From NCBI RefSeq assembly GCF_027921745.1, contig NC_079239.1, positions 3,100,001 through 3,164,000 of the forward strand: 64,000 nucleotides of DNA, read 5' to 3'. The translations under genes and the position numbers were made by a program. The notes under the pieces were generated by a model. It was not told the DNA's origin and made no database searches. It saw only the letters and a list, made by a program, of their open reading frames with translations. The stretch's first letter is position 1, and each line of letters begins with the position of its first letter. This document shows positions 23,621-36,024 of the stretch, one piece after another. This DNA comes from Schizosaccharomyces osmophilus (lineage: Eukaryota).

Positions 23621-23755
23621 CTTCTTTCAGGTGTAGTACGTTCGTTCGTAAGAAATAAGCAGATACGCAGTATTTACCACCAAAAAACAACAAAATGAAG
23701 TGTATTGGAAAAGGTTTCAGATGTCTACGAGTGTCATATCTTTAAGATGGACACA

Positions 23756-25938
23756 TTAGCCTTCGTTAAGTTCAATAAGGTATAATCGGCAACTCTGTAA
23801 TTTTTTTGGTTAGTATATGGATGAAATGAATTCAGTAGTAAATAAAGAAAGGTTTCTTTGAAATTACTTACGTTTTTCAAACAATCGAACCTTTGCTTGG
23901 TCAAATGGAAAACGTCCCGGAACTGAGAAAGTGTCATTTGTACCAGTGCATCTCGATCCAAGTGTCCGGTTTCAATATTCTTTAGTTGGACTTCCATCTC
24001 TTTTCTTAAAAATGGTTTGGTCAAACTCCATTCAAGCCCAATTTCATCATAACCTTTTGCTAAAGCAATCCCGAGGGAGCTGGGGACAAACTCTGTGGCT
24101 GCACCACGCTTTTTCCGCTTGACTACATATTCTCGTTCTTGAACTTTTTCGATATGATCAGCCATAGTTGCGTCTGTACCGATTCCGTTTACATCCATTA
24201 GTGCAATGAGCTCTGGTTCGGTTAAATACGAAGGTGATGTTGTAACGCTATCAATAATGTTGAGCATGTTAGGCATTATTTCCTCTCCGACCTGGTAAGC
24301 AGGAAGCTGTCCAGTTCCAGTCCATTTGTCATAAGGATAAACATCTAGGTAATTCCGCTCTAAAATAATTAAGCCTTTTTGAGAAAAGAGTTCATCACCC
24401 ATCTGAAGCTCGATAATCGTCTCTGCTCCAATAGCATTTTCAGAGCAGCATGCTAAAAACCTTCTGGTGATGAGTTCGTAAACTCTCCAATGGTCTTGGC
24501 TCTGTAAGGCAGAACGATGAACAAAACTGATCGGATGAATGGGAGGATGTGCTCGATCATTATGTTTTCCCTTTCTAGGAATCCGAAAATTTCCATCTAA
24601 AAGTCTGTTTTTGTTTAGCTAAATCCTTTTTCGGTGGATTTACAAAGAACGTACCCTTGAGCAAAAGTCCCCCAGTCTTCGCTAGGCGTTAGTTTGCCGA
24701 TAATTCCATGTAAGTCCATGCCGGAGTCAAATTGATCAGTTTCCGTACGTGGATACGAGACAAATCCATTTGTATAAAGGCTCTCGGCCAACTGTTTACA
24801 ATGTTAATATATGTATGGTTTTGAATATCAGAAAACATTACCTCAAGAGTTTTTTTAGAAGAAATACGAAGAAATTTAGGTCCCATTTTTGTGAGTTCGA
24901 CGGTTGATAGGGGGAGCGGTTTATATCGTCGAGTGGGCTTTTGATTCACTTTGACAACTTTAGCAACTTTTGCGTCCAAGCAATGTTCTAAAAACAAAAT
25001 AGCGGCCAATCTATCATAAACACGATTTCTCTTCCATGTAAAGTTTACGGTTTGCCGTTCTCGTTTGTCAACTAACTTCAAGGACCAAAAGTTTTCAGGA
25101 ACAAAATCTTCCACTCTTTGCCATCTATCGACAACGAACCCTAATGTAGGAAATTGACATGGTCCATAGCTAATAACTTTGCTCTGAAGAATTTCAAAAG
25201 CACGCTGCAATTGTAATGTTTGTAAACGCGTAAAAATAGCACCTAGACGAAAATCAAGCTCAATCCTTGCTGAAACTGCATCCGCTGCATCTTTGGATAG
25301 CTCTCTTGGTCGCTTTGAGGCCTGAATGATGTGTCTAAGTATAGTGTTAATCAATCAAAGTAGAGGAAAGGATCATCAATACCATACTTTCTTTCCAAAT
25401 TGTTAAAGTCTGCTCGAATGACACGAATTTGCGGATTACTGATTCTTGCAACGTTTGTAATTTCCATTCCTATATGTTCTCCTTCTCGATCACAGTCAGT
25501 CCAAATATACAAATACGTTGCGTTCCTCGCTTCTTTTTTTATGTTATCAGCAAGAACATTAGCATTCTATTCACAGTTAGTGTCTTCCAAAGAAAGCAGA
25601 GGTAAATGGGCTTACTTTGGAAACTGAGGTTATAATTCGCGCATCGAAGAGAATGTCCTGAGGTACAGAACTCCAACTGTTATACTCGGAAGGAAAGGAA
25701 GCTTCTGTCAGATGTCCTGAAACGGAAGTCATTGTAACTTGCGCCGTACCAATATACCCTCCAAAGTCAAACGTAAAATCATAGTTTTTTATGTACTTGC
25801 TTTTCGTGTCTCTCTGCCATAAGGCTGTCAGTAATTACTCAAACTTGACTTACAAACCCGTTTCACTTGTCCTCCACCCAAAATGTTTGCTACGCTTTTA
25901 GCTATTGAGTTTTTTTCAGCGACACATAGAACGCGCAT
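23756..25938 (-). CDS. top3: DNA topoisomerase III, multi-exon
   Basis: MRVLCVAEKNSIAK start, WTDCDREGE TOPRIM, SYGPCQFPTLGFVV, SYPRTET active site, AHPPIHP and GIGTDAT. Confidence 0.95.
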
Positions 25939-26859
25939 TTCCCGTTACAAAAACATGGATTTCAGCAGAAAAAGCACTTTATGTTTTTAGGCTGATTTAT
26001 TTCCCCAGTACTATTTAAAATATTATGGATTTTTGGCTAAGTTTACGAAAGAGTCATTTGTTTATGGTGGTGGATGCAAACGACAAATCGCGAAAGCTAT
26101 CGAGTAAATCCTTGAAAATTCCGATAAAAGGTAAAGATGTAAATGAATTTTAATGCTTTTCTTCTTTTATTTTCATCATAAAAAGAAAACATATAAACAT
26201 AATTTGATGGTACTTTGTTTATATCCTTGAAATCCATGACTGAAACAAAGAGAGCGAGCCAGCCAAATGAAATACTGCTACGCTTCTATTTTTTTTTTTT
26301 TTTTTTTTAATTTAAAAGTTTCTCATTCTTTCTGAACAATGGATGCGAAATTTTTCCCAAGTCTTTTTTTTTTTATTTACTGTTTAGTAAACAAAAGACT
26401 CTACCAACATTTCAAGAATCAGAACAAGCAAATGGATTGACTTTAAATTCTTTATTCTTCGTTTCGTGCTTACATGGTTTTTTTCTTCAGCTTGTCTTCT
26501 TGAATTGTCTTTGCATTAATTAACCTTTTATTTACTAAACACAGCAAGCAAACAAGCTTTGAATTTTTTTATATCAAAAACACGTAACAATGCGACCTTG
26601 CTCTTACTTCCACAGTAAAGTATGACAAAAATCCTGTAAAACAAAAGGGCATCCATAAGCTTGATTTTCGTACTACAATTTTACTTTTTGTAATGAATAA
26701 AAAGCTTTAGAGACTTACTTTTGAAGCTTTATCGTATTTTTGAGCCTTTTCTCTTGAAGGTTCTGTTCTTCAAAAGACAATTTATTTCGTTGCGGTCAAC
26801 CTTACGTGTTTTATTTTGTAATCAAAAAAGAAAGAAAGAATAAATATACAGTCTTTACC

Positions 26860-27389
26860 ATGGATACCTCAGAATCAATACCAGACACTAGCGACATTGA
26901 CGCAGACATAGCCAGTGAATTTGTTGAATGTAAGTCTTCTTTTGGAAAACAGGCCTTAAGAACGTAATTTACTCACCGACAATTTAGTTACGGATGATAT
27001 CCCAATAGAAATATATCGTAGCCTGCGGTATATCAGGAAATACGAAAATGAATATCAGAGTATGTCTATTTACAGGAATCAACTCTAATGGTCTAATACT
27101 TACCTATCTTAGAGGAGAACTTGAATCTAAACCACCTTGCCACAGAAGTTGGTCAATGCTCCCCGTCTGATGTACCTGCAACGAAAAAGAGATTCGCAAA
27201 GTCACTGTTTCACTCTGATGAGTATATGCAACAAACCAATGCCGAAGCCCAGAAACTTTATGCAAACGTAAGCATCTATTAAAATGAGCATGCATAGTAA
27301 CTTTATAATTCTAGGTTCATGCTGCTTATGAACGACTAAACGATAAAATTCGATATTTGGAAAACGAACGCCCTGCATCCTCATCCTGA
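26860..27389 (+). CDS. ptf2: Small ING N-terminal-domain-like protein, 4 exons (not in the ORF track); likely the Mst2 complex subunit
   Basis: Spliced reading [47 protein letters not shown]...AEAQKLYANVHAAYERLNDKIRYLENERPASSS with GTAAGT/GTATGT/GTAAGC donors. The name rests on recalled position between top3 and rps3. Confidence 0.75.
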
Positions 27390-27695
27390 CCGAAGCGAGT
27401 AGATACCAATTCTTTCCTAGCCATCTCTTTATACTTTGTTACAATACTTTTTTAAAAATGATAACTCATTCCTTCAAAAGATCAATAAAAACAAAACCAT
27501 ACTATTCATTCGTTATAGACGTCCACTTTCTCGAATTACAAACCAAATTATTCATTTCAAAAGAGCATTGATATAAAATACCACTACTTTCCTTTGGCTA
27601 CTTATTATTCAATACAATGTAACTTATTCCTTATCCATAATATCAAACCAAATTTCATTTTTATATAAGATTAACTGCCACTAACCCATGAACAT

Positions 27696-28706
27696 TTAGT
27701 AAGCAACAGCAGCTTCTTGGTCAGCAACAACTTCTTGACCAGCAGCAGCGGCAGCTTCAGCGGGTTGGTTGATGACAGTGTAAGGCTTGGTGATGGGCTC
27801 CTCTTCCTTGGGATCCAAAACGACGACTGCGTCAGGAAGAGTCTTCTTAGCACGAGTCTTGGGTTCAGGCAACATAATCTTAACCTTGACACCCAAAACA
27901 CCTTGACGAAGAAGAACGTGACGAGTAGCGAAGTCAATGAAGTCAACGGCAGGTTGACCGGAGTGAATCATGAAACCATCAGCGAACTTCATAGACTTGG
28001 CACGAGCAGCACGAAGCTTACCAGAGATGACAACTTCGCAACCCTTAGCACCAGCTTCCATAACGTAACGGAGAACACCATAGGCAGCACGGCGGACAGC
28101 CAAACCAGCCAAAAGCTTGTAGCGAAGGGATTCGCATTGAGCGACGGCACAGAGACCACGGTTTTGAACCTTCTCGGCATACAATTCAACAGTGTTCTCA
28201 GCGAACTTGAAACGCTTTTGGACCAAAGCGGTAAGTTCACGGATTCTGCGTCCCTTTTCTCCAAGAACATCCTGGGTGTGAGTGGCGCGGACGATGATCT
28301 CCGAACGGGCAGGAGTGACACGGACTTCACAGCCGGAGTAGCCCTCCTCGGAAAGTTCACGAGTGAAAAACTCGTTCAACTCGGCGTAGAAAACACCGTC
28401 AGCGACGAACTAACGATGGTTAGTAAACAGTCATTGCGGAAAACTAATCCAAGTCATAAAAAAGCATAAACAAGAAAGTATATAACATGTGTAAAAGCTT
28501 GATTGCCTCGTACTTTTTTTATTGGAACATTCAGATTTTTATCCGTTCGGATCACTTCATTAAAATGTTGTGTGGACATTCCAATCGGAGAAGAGGTGCC
28601 AGATAGGAAATCATCATTATCGCTCTCTTTGTTTACCTTTTTATAAACTTGTTTATTAATTACTTACTTTTCTCTTCTTGGAGATAGTGAATGCGGCGGC
28701 AGACAT
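27696..28706 (-). CDS. rps3: 40S ribosomal protein S3 (uS3), 2 exons
   Basis: Exon 1 28706-28668 ([13 protein letters not shown]), intron 28667-28410, exon 2 [26 protein letters not shown]... Confidence 0.98.
28527..28622 (-). ncRNA. Intronic box C/D snoRNA (snR48-like guide for large-subunit rRNA)
   Basis: Box C ATGATGA (28617-28611), guide TCTGGCACCTCT, D'-like CCGA, and box D CTGA (28534-28531), all inside the 258-nt rps3 intron. Confidence 0.78.
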
Positions 28707-28761
28707 GGTATGGGTTTGTGTCAAAATCACAGTACAATGTTTCTAGTTGTATATCCTTTAG

Positions 28762-28796
28762 CAGTCACGCATTTGGAGTAGGGTAGGGTATGACTG
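28762..28796. promoter_or_regulatory. Homol D-like and Homol E boxes of the rps3 promoter
   Basis: CAGTCACG (28762-28769), AGGGTAGGGT (28780-28789) and TATGACTG (28789-28796) match fission-yeast ribosomal protein promoter elements. Confidence 0.82.
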
Positions 28797-29694
28797 TCTT
28801 GTACAGGGTCCAAACTTCAAAATTAAAAAAGCTTGTCAGATTACGTCGCACTGCTGTGAACGTCACTAAATGATTCTGCCTGCTTTTTGTACGCAAGAAA
28901 AGGTGATGGTAACAGGTAACTTGTGGTGCTTTTTGTGAGCTAAATGAGTCTGCTGTATATAAACAAATAAATAGAATAATGAAATTATTATTATCTAATC
29001 ATTGATTCATTTTTGTAATTACTCTGAAAGCAAGTCAACTACTATTGAAAAGAGTGAAGAGGTTGGTACAAAAATAGCAAACGAAAACATCAAAACAATT
29101 TCAAGGATGCAACTGACAATTAGTAAGGGAACCATTCCTTTTCTTTCTTTTCTTTTTTTTTTCTGCACGAAAGGTGAAAGCAAACCCTTACGTTGCCGGA
29201 TAGTTAGTTTCTGTTTTTGCATACGAATAAAGCGATATATCTTTTTTGAAGCTTGAAAACAAAACGAGACTGCAGGAAACTGTAATATAAACCCCATAGC
29301 TTATTTGTTTATTCTTCATCTTATCCGACAATTCTAGCGTACAAAGGCTGAAGCATGATACATCAAGAATGAAACAATCCACAAAAGCCCTACCCATAAA
29401 GCAATTAATCAATTTTATAATAACGAAAATAATTAGAGTACACCGATAAAAATCAGTTCATCATCTAAAGCAAAACTATTGTTTTATTAAGACATTTTAT
29501 GAACATCAATGACATTAAGTGGAAAAACATTCCCAAAAAGAGCACGAGATTGAACGTGAAAGCAAACAAAGAAATTCACTCTGATACAGACTTTAATCAA
29601 GCATTAACAATACACATACAAATATTACTGACTGAACTGTCTCAACAAGACATAGTCCATAAAACCAAGTAAACCAGCCAACATACAAAACTCA

Positions 29695-31849
29695 TTAAAT
29701 GTTGCTTCTCACATCAGTATTTGATGCTTGTATATAGTGCTGAGCTGATGGATGCTCTTCAATATGTGCTTGTGCTGTCGCTCCTAAAGCAGGTTGAGGT
29801 GCTTGTCCTGTTTGGGTAAATTCAGCCGGTTGCTGAACATTCGGTTGCTTTTCCATAGAGACACTGGCATCTAAAATTGCACGGACCGCATGGTCATTAT
29901 CACTACCAGCAACAACGGAAGTTTCCAACTGCTGCTTATTCTCAACCTCCGTAGACCGATTAGGGATTGGCTCAGAAACGCTGCCCCAGGCTCGTGGAGG
30001 ATTTGCTGGAGATGTGGAAGCACCTAACGGAGAAGCAGGTGCTGAAGTACCAGAATTTGCAGTGCGTAACTTTTGCACCATTGATTCCCTCCACGAACTA
30101 ATTCCTTCAAAACCATTTGCTAAATCTACACCTTGCAAATCGTGCATTTGCTCATCGATTTTTTTAGGAGATGGTTGGGGCAATTGAGAATACACCATAT
30201 GGTTGTTTAAAGGATTTCTGTAGGGGGATATTGTATCATAAGAACCAACGTGAGGCCAATCATGGGGATTTGGAACAGCCACGTACTTCCAAAAAGGTGC
30301 GGGAGAAGAAGTGGAATACGCCGCGTTTGTTGCAGGCGAAGCCGACGCAGGATTTTTCGACTGAGAAATTGTACTTGGATCAGGAGAATAATCTTGACTA
30401 GCTATAATATCGGACAGTACAGCTCTGGTCGGCGTCTTGTAAGAGCCGCCTTCCTTGTCTTTGGATTCAGAAGGAGCTTCTTCAGTCATAGGAGAACCTT
30501 CCCTTTTGGGAGTAGAAGGAGACTGATGGCGAACTGGGGTAGGGATAGGAGGGGACGTATGCTCAGGGTCTGAGTTTTCTCTCTTCAACGTGAAAGGAGG
30601 TGTGCAAAGAAATGGGGGAGGCGTTTTTTTGTAGGGTGTTTTTTTAGTCTTCGCGATAAACTCCTCCCGAAATTCGGGTTCGATTGACCATTTCATACCC
30701 TTGCCTTGTTCGCCGGACTTCCGAGGAACCTTTCTAAAAGCTTTGTTTAAAGACAAATTGTGTCGAATGGAATTCTGCCATCCGCTTTTTGTCGTTCTGT
30801 AATATGGATAATGAGTCGAAATCCAGTTGTAAATATTGGAAAGTGTCATCATGCAATCGGGAGAGGAGAGAATGGCTTGAGCAATCATTACTGAATAACT
30901 ATAGGGAGGTTTTCTATTGTCATAGACGCTGTTTTCTATGGTCGCCGACGATTCCTCTGATTTCTCAGCTTCTTCCATTTCTTCCCCAACTTTCTCCTCC
31001 GTGATAGTTTGCTCAGATGCGTTCGGCAAAACAAACATCATTTGCAGTCCCGCAACATCGAGAATTGATCTATTTATATTAGTATCAAGTGTATTTCTTT
31101 TTTCCGTAAGTTGCTTTCTTATTTTGGGATGAAAAAAGAAACCTGGGGATCATGGGGTTAAATCCCAGAAGCATAAATAGTTTAATCACAGTTCTGGCAA
31201 AAGGTAAAAACAAGTCAGAACCACCATCAATAAAGAGCTTTTAACCTGAACTTTTGCCTTCTTGTGTCCCATAAACTATCATCCCAAGCTTTTTTTGCTG
31301 CCATCGCCAAAATAAACAGAGCACAAACATCACATACCCACTAGAAAGGTTCACAACCTCTCCTGGTTTGTATAACTTTCCATCTACCTTAACACCGTTT
31401 CTCCCGTAAATTGTGCAGTTCCATGTTTGACCCTGCATATTGTACTCAACAACAGCATGCTTGCGACTAACCACTTTCGACGGTCCAAAATTCATGTCTA
31501 CCTCTTCATTATCTTCTTCTTTGCCTTTTACGGATTGGTTTGCAGGCTCACGACCAAGAATTAGTCGAATTTTCTTAACGTAATATGTCCATGTACTACC
31601 AGCGAATTTGGCATACGCTTGAATCTCTCCCGAATGTCGTTCGGCGTTCTTTTTGTTTGAGTAGTCCTCAACAATCCTCATTTCATGTCCTGGGACTGTC
31701 AATTTCGAAATTCGCGACTCGAGACGTCCATTCGATTTAACGTCCGCTTCAGGCTCTGTTTTCGTCTGTTTTTTCGATCCCAATTCTTCTTTGTTTTCTT
31801 CGATTTCAGAGTAACTCCCTGAATCATTTTCTAACTTGTGTGAGGCCAT
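29695..31849 (-). CDS. fkh2: Forkhead transcription factor with FHA domain, 2 exons
   Basis: FHA (QAYAKFAGSTWTYYV, VVSRKHA, GRNGVKVDG) and forkhead (KPPYSYSVMIAQAI, GWQNSIRHNLSLN) domains; intron 31337-31070. Confidence 0.95.
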
Positions 31850-31947
31850 TTTCTACAATACAGCAATTGTGCTGTTGGTGTATGTTTATTTACACTTTTT
31901 TGTTGTTGTCAACATTCGTTTATCCGCCGTTGGCAGCACATTTCGAA

Positions 31948-32390
31948 GTAAACAGAACTTATACGTGTATCTATACATAAATTATATTTTATAGTTTTTT
32001 CTAAACGTATGTGCAATATTTATATTGCAATTAAAAATCATTGCCATCGATTTTCGGCCATTTCGTAAAGACTTGAACGCGTACCATGAACTCAACTTCT
32101 CCGTAAACACTGCCATGAAAAGTTCGGCGCTTTTACTCTGAAATTTCGTTAGTTTCAAGGTATGTAGTCTCAAAAAAATAAATTAGTGTGTTTAATTCTT
32201 ATTCTATAGATAGAAATATCTGCTTTCTGTTTACGTTCATCCGTGTTTATTTGAAACGATCAAATGTAAAAAAAAAAAGCTTTTACGGTCGAATTTTAAA
32301 GCCAATTAATTAAAATCTGGAAACTTTGAATGCAATCCATGGCAAGATTGACATTTTCCTAAATCTTTTCAAACAAAGTTGTCTGTTTAC
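31948..32390. promoter_or_regulatory. Cluster of forkhead sites upstream of fkh2
   Basis: GTAAACA at 31948 and 32103, TGTTTAC at 32228 and 32384, and one ACGCGT (MCB) at 32077. Confidence 0.6.
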
Positions 32391-32828
32391 AAACATTAAA
32401 ACACACTTTACTCTAATATCTTATGTTAGGTAAGCTATAAATGTGGAGGCGGGATGTTAGTAACGAGTTCGAACCCAAAGCATGGTGTTTCGTTATTACA
32501 CCTTATGGAGTAAAGAAGCTCTCATTGCGCGAAAGAGGTATTCCTTCATAAACGATCGTTTAATTTATCCCATTGCCTATTTGCTGCAAGACTCGTCAAG
32601 TAGCGACGTTAAGAAATCTGCTCTTTAAATCGCAATATTGAGCGGCAACTAGACGCGCGTCTCTTGTTTAATCTTCGTTAGAACAAGAAAATACCCTTTA
32701 ATAAAAGTTTTGCAACTTTAACATAGCTTTGTGCTTTGTGTAGCCTGGGGTGAGCTTTTTAACTCGTGACAGCAGTATTTTGCTTCTCCTTGCACTAAAC
32801 ATTTGATACCCTTTTATTTAATAAATTG

Positions 32829-35502
32829 ATGTCTTCTGGTGATGCTCGTCGAAGACAACGTGTCTCTAGAGCTTGTGATGAATGCCACCGAAGAAAGATA
32901 AAATGCGATCAACAAAAGGTAAGGATTTGATGGATCTTACAGAAAGGGGTTTCATATGGGCCGGTTGAGATCACTCAGCAAATTGGTTCTTTATTCTTGG
33001 ACAGGTGTAATTCGCTGCATTTGTACGATTTTTTAATCAACCATCTCTTTCTCGAAATCTTAGCTTCAATTGTGCTAACAACATGCTATTATTAGCCCTG
33101 TTCCAATTGTAGAACATACAACTATGGTATGCTAAAATAAACTTTTTGATCAAGCTTTGTTGACCCCTTACACTCTAGAATGTACATATGGCCAGCCTTT
33201 TAAACGATTGTTGCATTCTCCCGAAAAATACATTCAATTTCTAGAATTTCGTCTCAAGTATTTAAAGAAAATGACCGAGCAAGTCATTCCTGATGTTAAG
33301 CTCCCAGCCTTCCTTAATATCCCAAATGAAAATTTTGATTATGGTCCCGAAAGTGTTCATACCGAGAAAGAGACCTCTCCTACACAGGGTCCTTCACACG
33401 AAGAGATTGACAGTGTTTTTGATCGATATGGTCAATTAAGTTTAAGGGATAACGGGAACGCAGACTATCGAGGCAGTTCTTCTGGTTTTGTCTTTATGCA
33501 AAACATCCACAAAAACATTGCTCGGGCTTCTTCTTCTTCTTCTTCTTCTGGTCAGGGTCAGAAACACTCGACTCCTTGTAGTGACCCTTCTACGCTTCCC
33601 TATCTTCCTCCGACGCCAGCGGTAGATGACGGGAAGGATGTTATTCCGCAGATTCAATTTCCTTCATATGAGGAAGCCCGCTCTGTTACGGGTAATTTTT
33701 TTTTAAGTGATCACTTTTTGGTTCATCTTCATCATATTCCGACATTTTATGAACGATTGCACACATATTACTACTCGGAAAAAAAGGATCCTACTTTTCA
33801 TTTTCTGTTGGCAGCCACTTTGTGTCTTGGCTACACGTACCTCTCGTCACCTAGTAATGCTTTCGTTTACCCTTATCACAAAGCGTACAAATACTATTAC
33901 TACATACGATCTGCATTTCATTTTGAAGAGAGTTATGATATTGAGGTCATCCAGGTTCTTATTTCTATAGCGCTGTTCGCCTTGTTTAGTTCAAGGCTTT
34001 CACAAGCTTATAGTTTTATGAACATTGCATTGTTTTGCTGTCATGAGCTAGGTCTTCATAGAGACTTTTCCGATGTTCTTACGTCCCCGGAAACTAGGTT
34101 GCGAAAGCGCGTGTTTTATTCTGTGTATATAATGTCTTGCTACGCAAGTACAATTATTGGTCTCCCTCTCAATATAGAAGACGATGAAATTGATCAAGGG
34201 TTGCCGAATTCGTACGACTTCGTCTTAGATAATGAAGCTATTCCTGCCAACGTGGTAGCATCTGAATGCGGTAGCTTGGAGATATTTAATCAACATATAT
34301 CTCTTTCTAGGATTCTAAGCCATTTTGTTCGAAAAGTTTACCCTATAAAGTCAAGTAATGACACTAATTGTCGTGTTTCCCTTACTGCAGTGAGAGAAAA
34401 TGAGAACAGATTGACGAATTGGTGGAAAAATCTGGCAAGCTATTTGAAGGTAGACGAGGTTCCTGAGTTTTCTCCTAAATGGATCCAGGCTATAAGTTTA
34501 GAGCTCAAGTTTCGCCAAATTGAGCTTATTTTTTATAGGCCCTTTGTCCACAATATCACGGATCCGTTGGAGGAGTCCACGGCGAAACCAACGAAGCCTT
34601 CGAGCTTTGCATTGAAGTGTGTGCAATCAGCCGAACGTATTGTGGAATTGCTGAAAAAGCTTTCTAGATCGCCGAGTATGCCAAAGATGTTTTTCAATTT
34701 ATACGCAGGTTACTACGCCTTAATGACATTGGTATATTCCGCAAGTTTAACGAGAGAAACTACAGCAAGATCAAACGCTTTTATTGAGAAGGCACGCGAA
34801 GGATACTCCATGTTGGCTGGAATTTACCAAGGATCGGCCTACTTTTCTACAATTTTAGATGCAGTTCGCAATATGCTACTTGCCTATGATATGAATCTTT
34901 CTCGGACGGACTATCCTCACCATCCATCTCAGAATTTAATCCCCAATCAGTTGCCAAAGGGTAAAGCAAACATTCCTCAGGACATGCCAATGCCCGCACC
35001 ATTAGGGGTTCCTCAGATTGGAGGGAATATCCCGTTTTCTGCTTATTCCTTAGTAAATGGTGAACCATTTTTTTATCCTTCTTATCCGTCCTATCCGAAT
35101 TATCCATCGTATGCAGGAGCACCCTTGCCAACCCAAGGTAATTATCCTCTGCTACCGCAGTCAGGGTATTACGATCCTAACGCCTTAAATCCCGAAAAAA
35201 ATTATGGGAAATATCCTTCATACAATTCGATGCCATATTCAGCCCCTTATACTGGAAACACAATACCACATACTTATCCATCATATCCTATGTATCCGTA
35301 TCCCATCCCTCCTTATTATTCGCAACCTCAGCCATCTACATTGTCGGACCCCAACACTATGCCCTCCGGCAATGCGCCTCTGAATTATGGAATGCCCAGT
35401 GGACCTGTCCCCCCGATCACATACTCTTCATATTTTACAGGGGCTGATCAATCTGGCAAAAGGTCCTTAGATGCATTGAACATGAGGCAAAGCAAGCGTT
35501 AA
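32829..35502 (+). CDS. Zn(II)2Cys6 transcription factor with fungal TF middle domain, 3 exons
   Basis: Spliced N-terminus RVSRACDECHRRKIKCDQQK/PCSNCRTYNY/ECTY, then ELGLHRD...RKRVFYS and a Pro/Tyr-rich C-terminus. Confidence 0.9.
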
Positions 35503-36024
35503 TAACCATCGCTAATTAGACATTGCTTTCTCATGGAACTTCTTTATTTAGTTTTCTCTCATATTTGGCATTGAATATCATTTGCATCCATTTATAACGC
35601 CCGGAATAGACGCCTTCTAAATATTAAATTATTAGAATGTTTGATGTTTTAAAACCCAATTGTTGAAAAAAATATATGTTGCCTTATCGATTCCGCACGA
35701 AGAAGCATAACGACCTTTCGAGAGAAAGTCATAGAAGATTGTTTGATTCAAAACATATGAGAAAGAAATGTTAGACATGCATGCTTCGTTCTGTTTCCAT
35801 CTACAAAATAGTAAGGCTTTTGTTTTTGTCTGTTTTTTTGTTGTTTTTGTTTATATTTTCCCTATAGTATGAATTTAAATAAAAATTATGTTGTTTATAT
35901 GCTAAAAAAACATTCTATAGATTTTTACTTTGGTTATATGTTTTGTGGGCTGATTTTATAGCAACATTAAACCAAGTGTATGTAGATGCGTCTTTAGCAG
36001 GCATCGGTAGAACAAGAGATAAAT

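Noticed and set aside
27717..28469. 250-aa antisense ORF over rps3
   Set aside because: Typical antisense shadow of a highly codon-biased gene.
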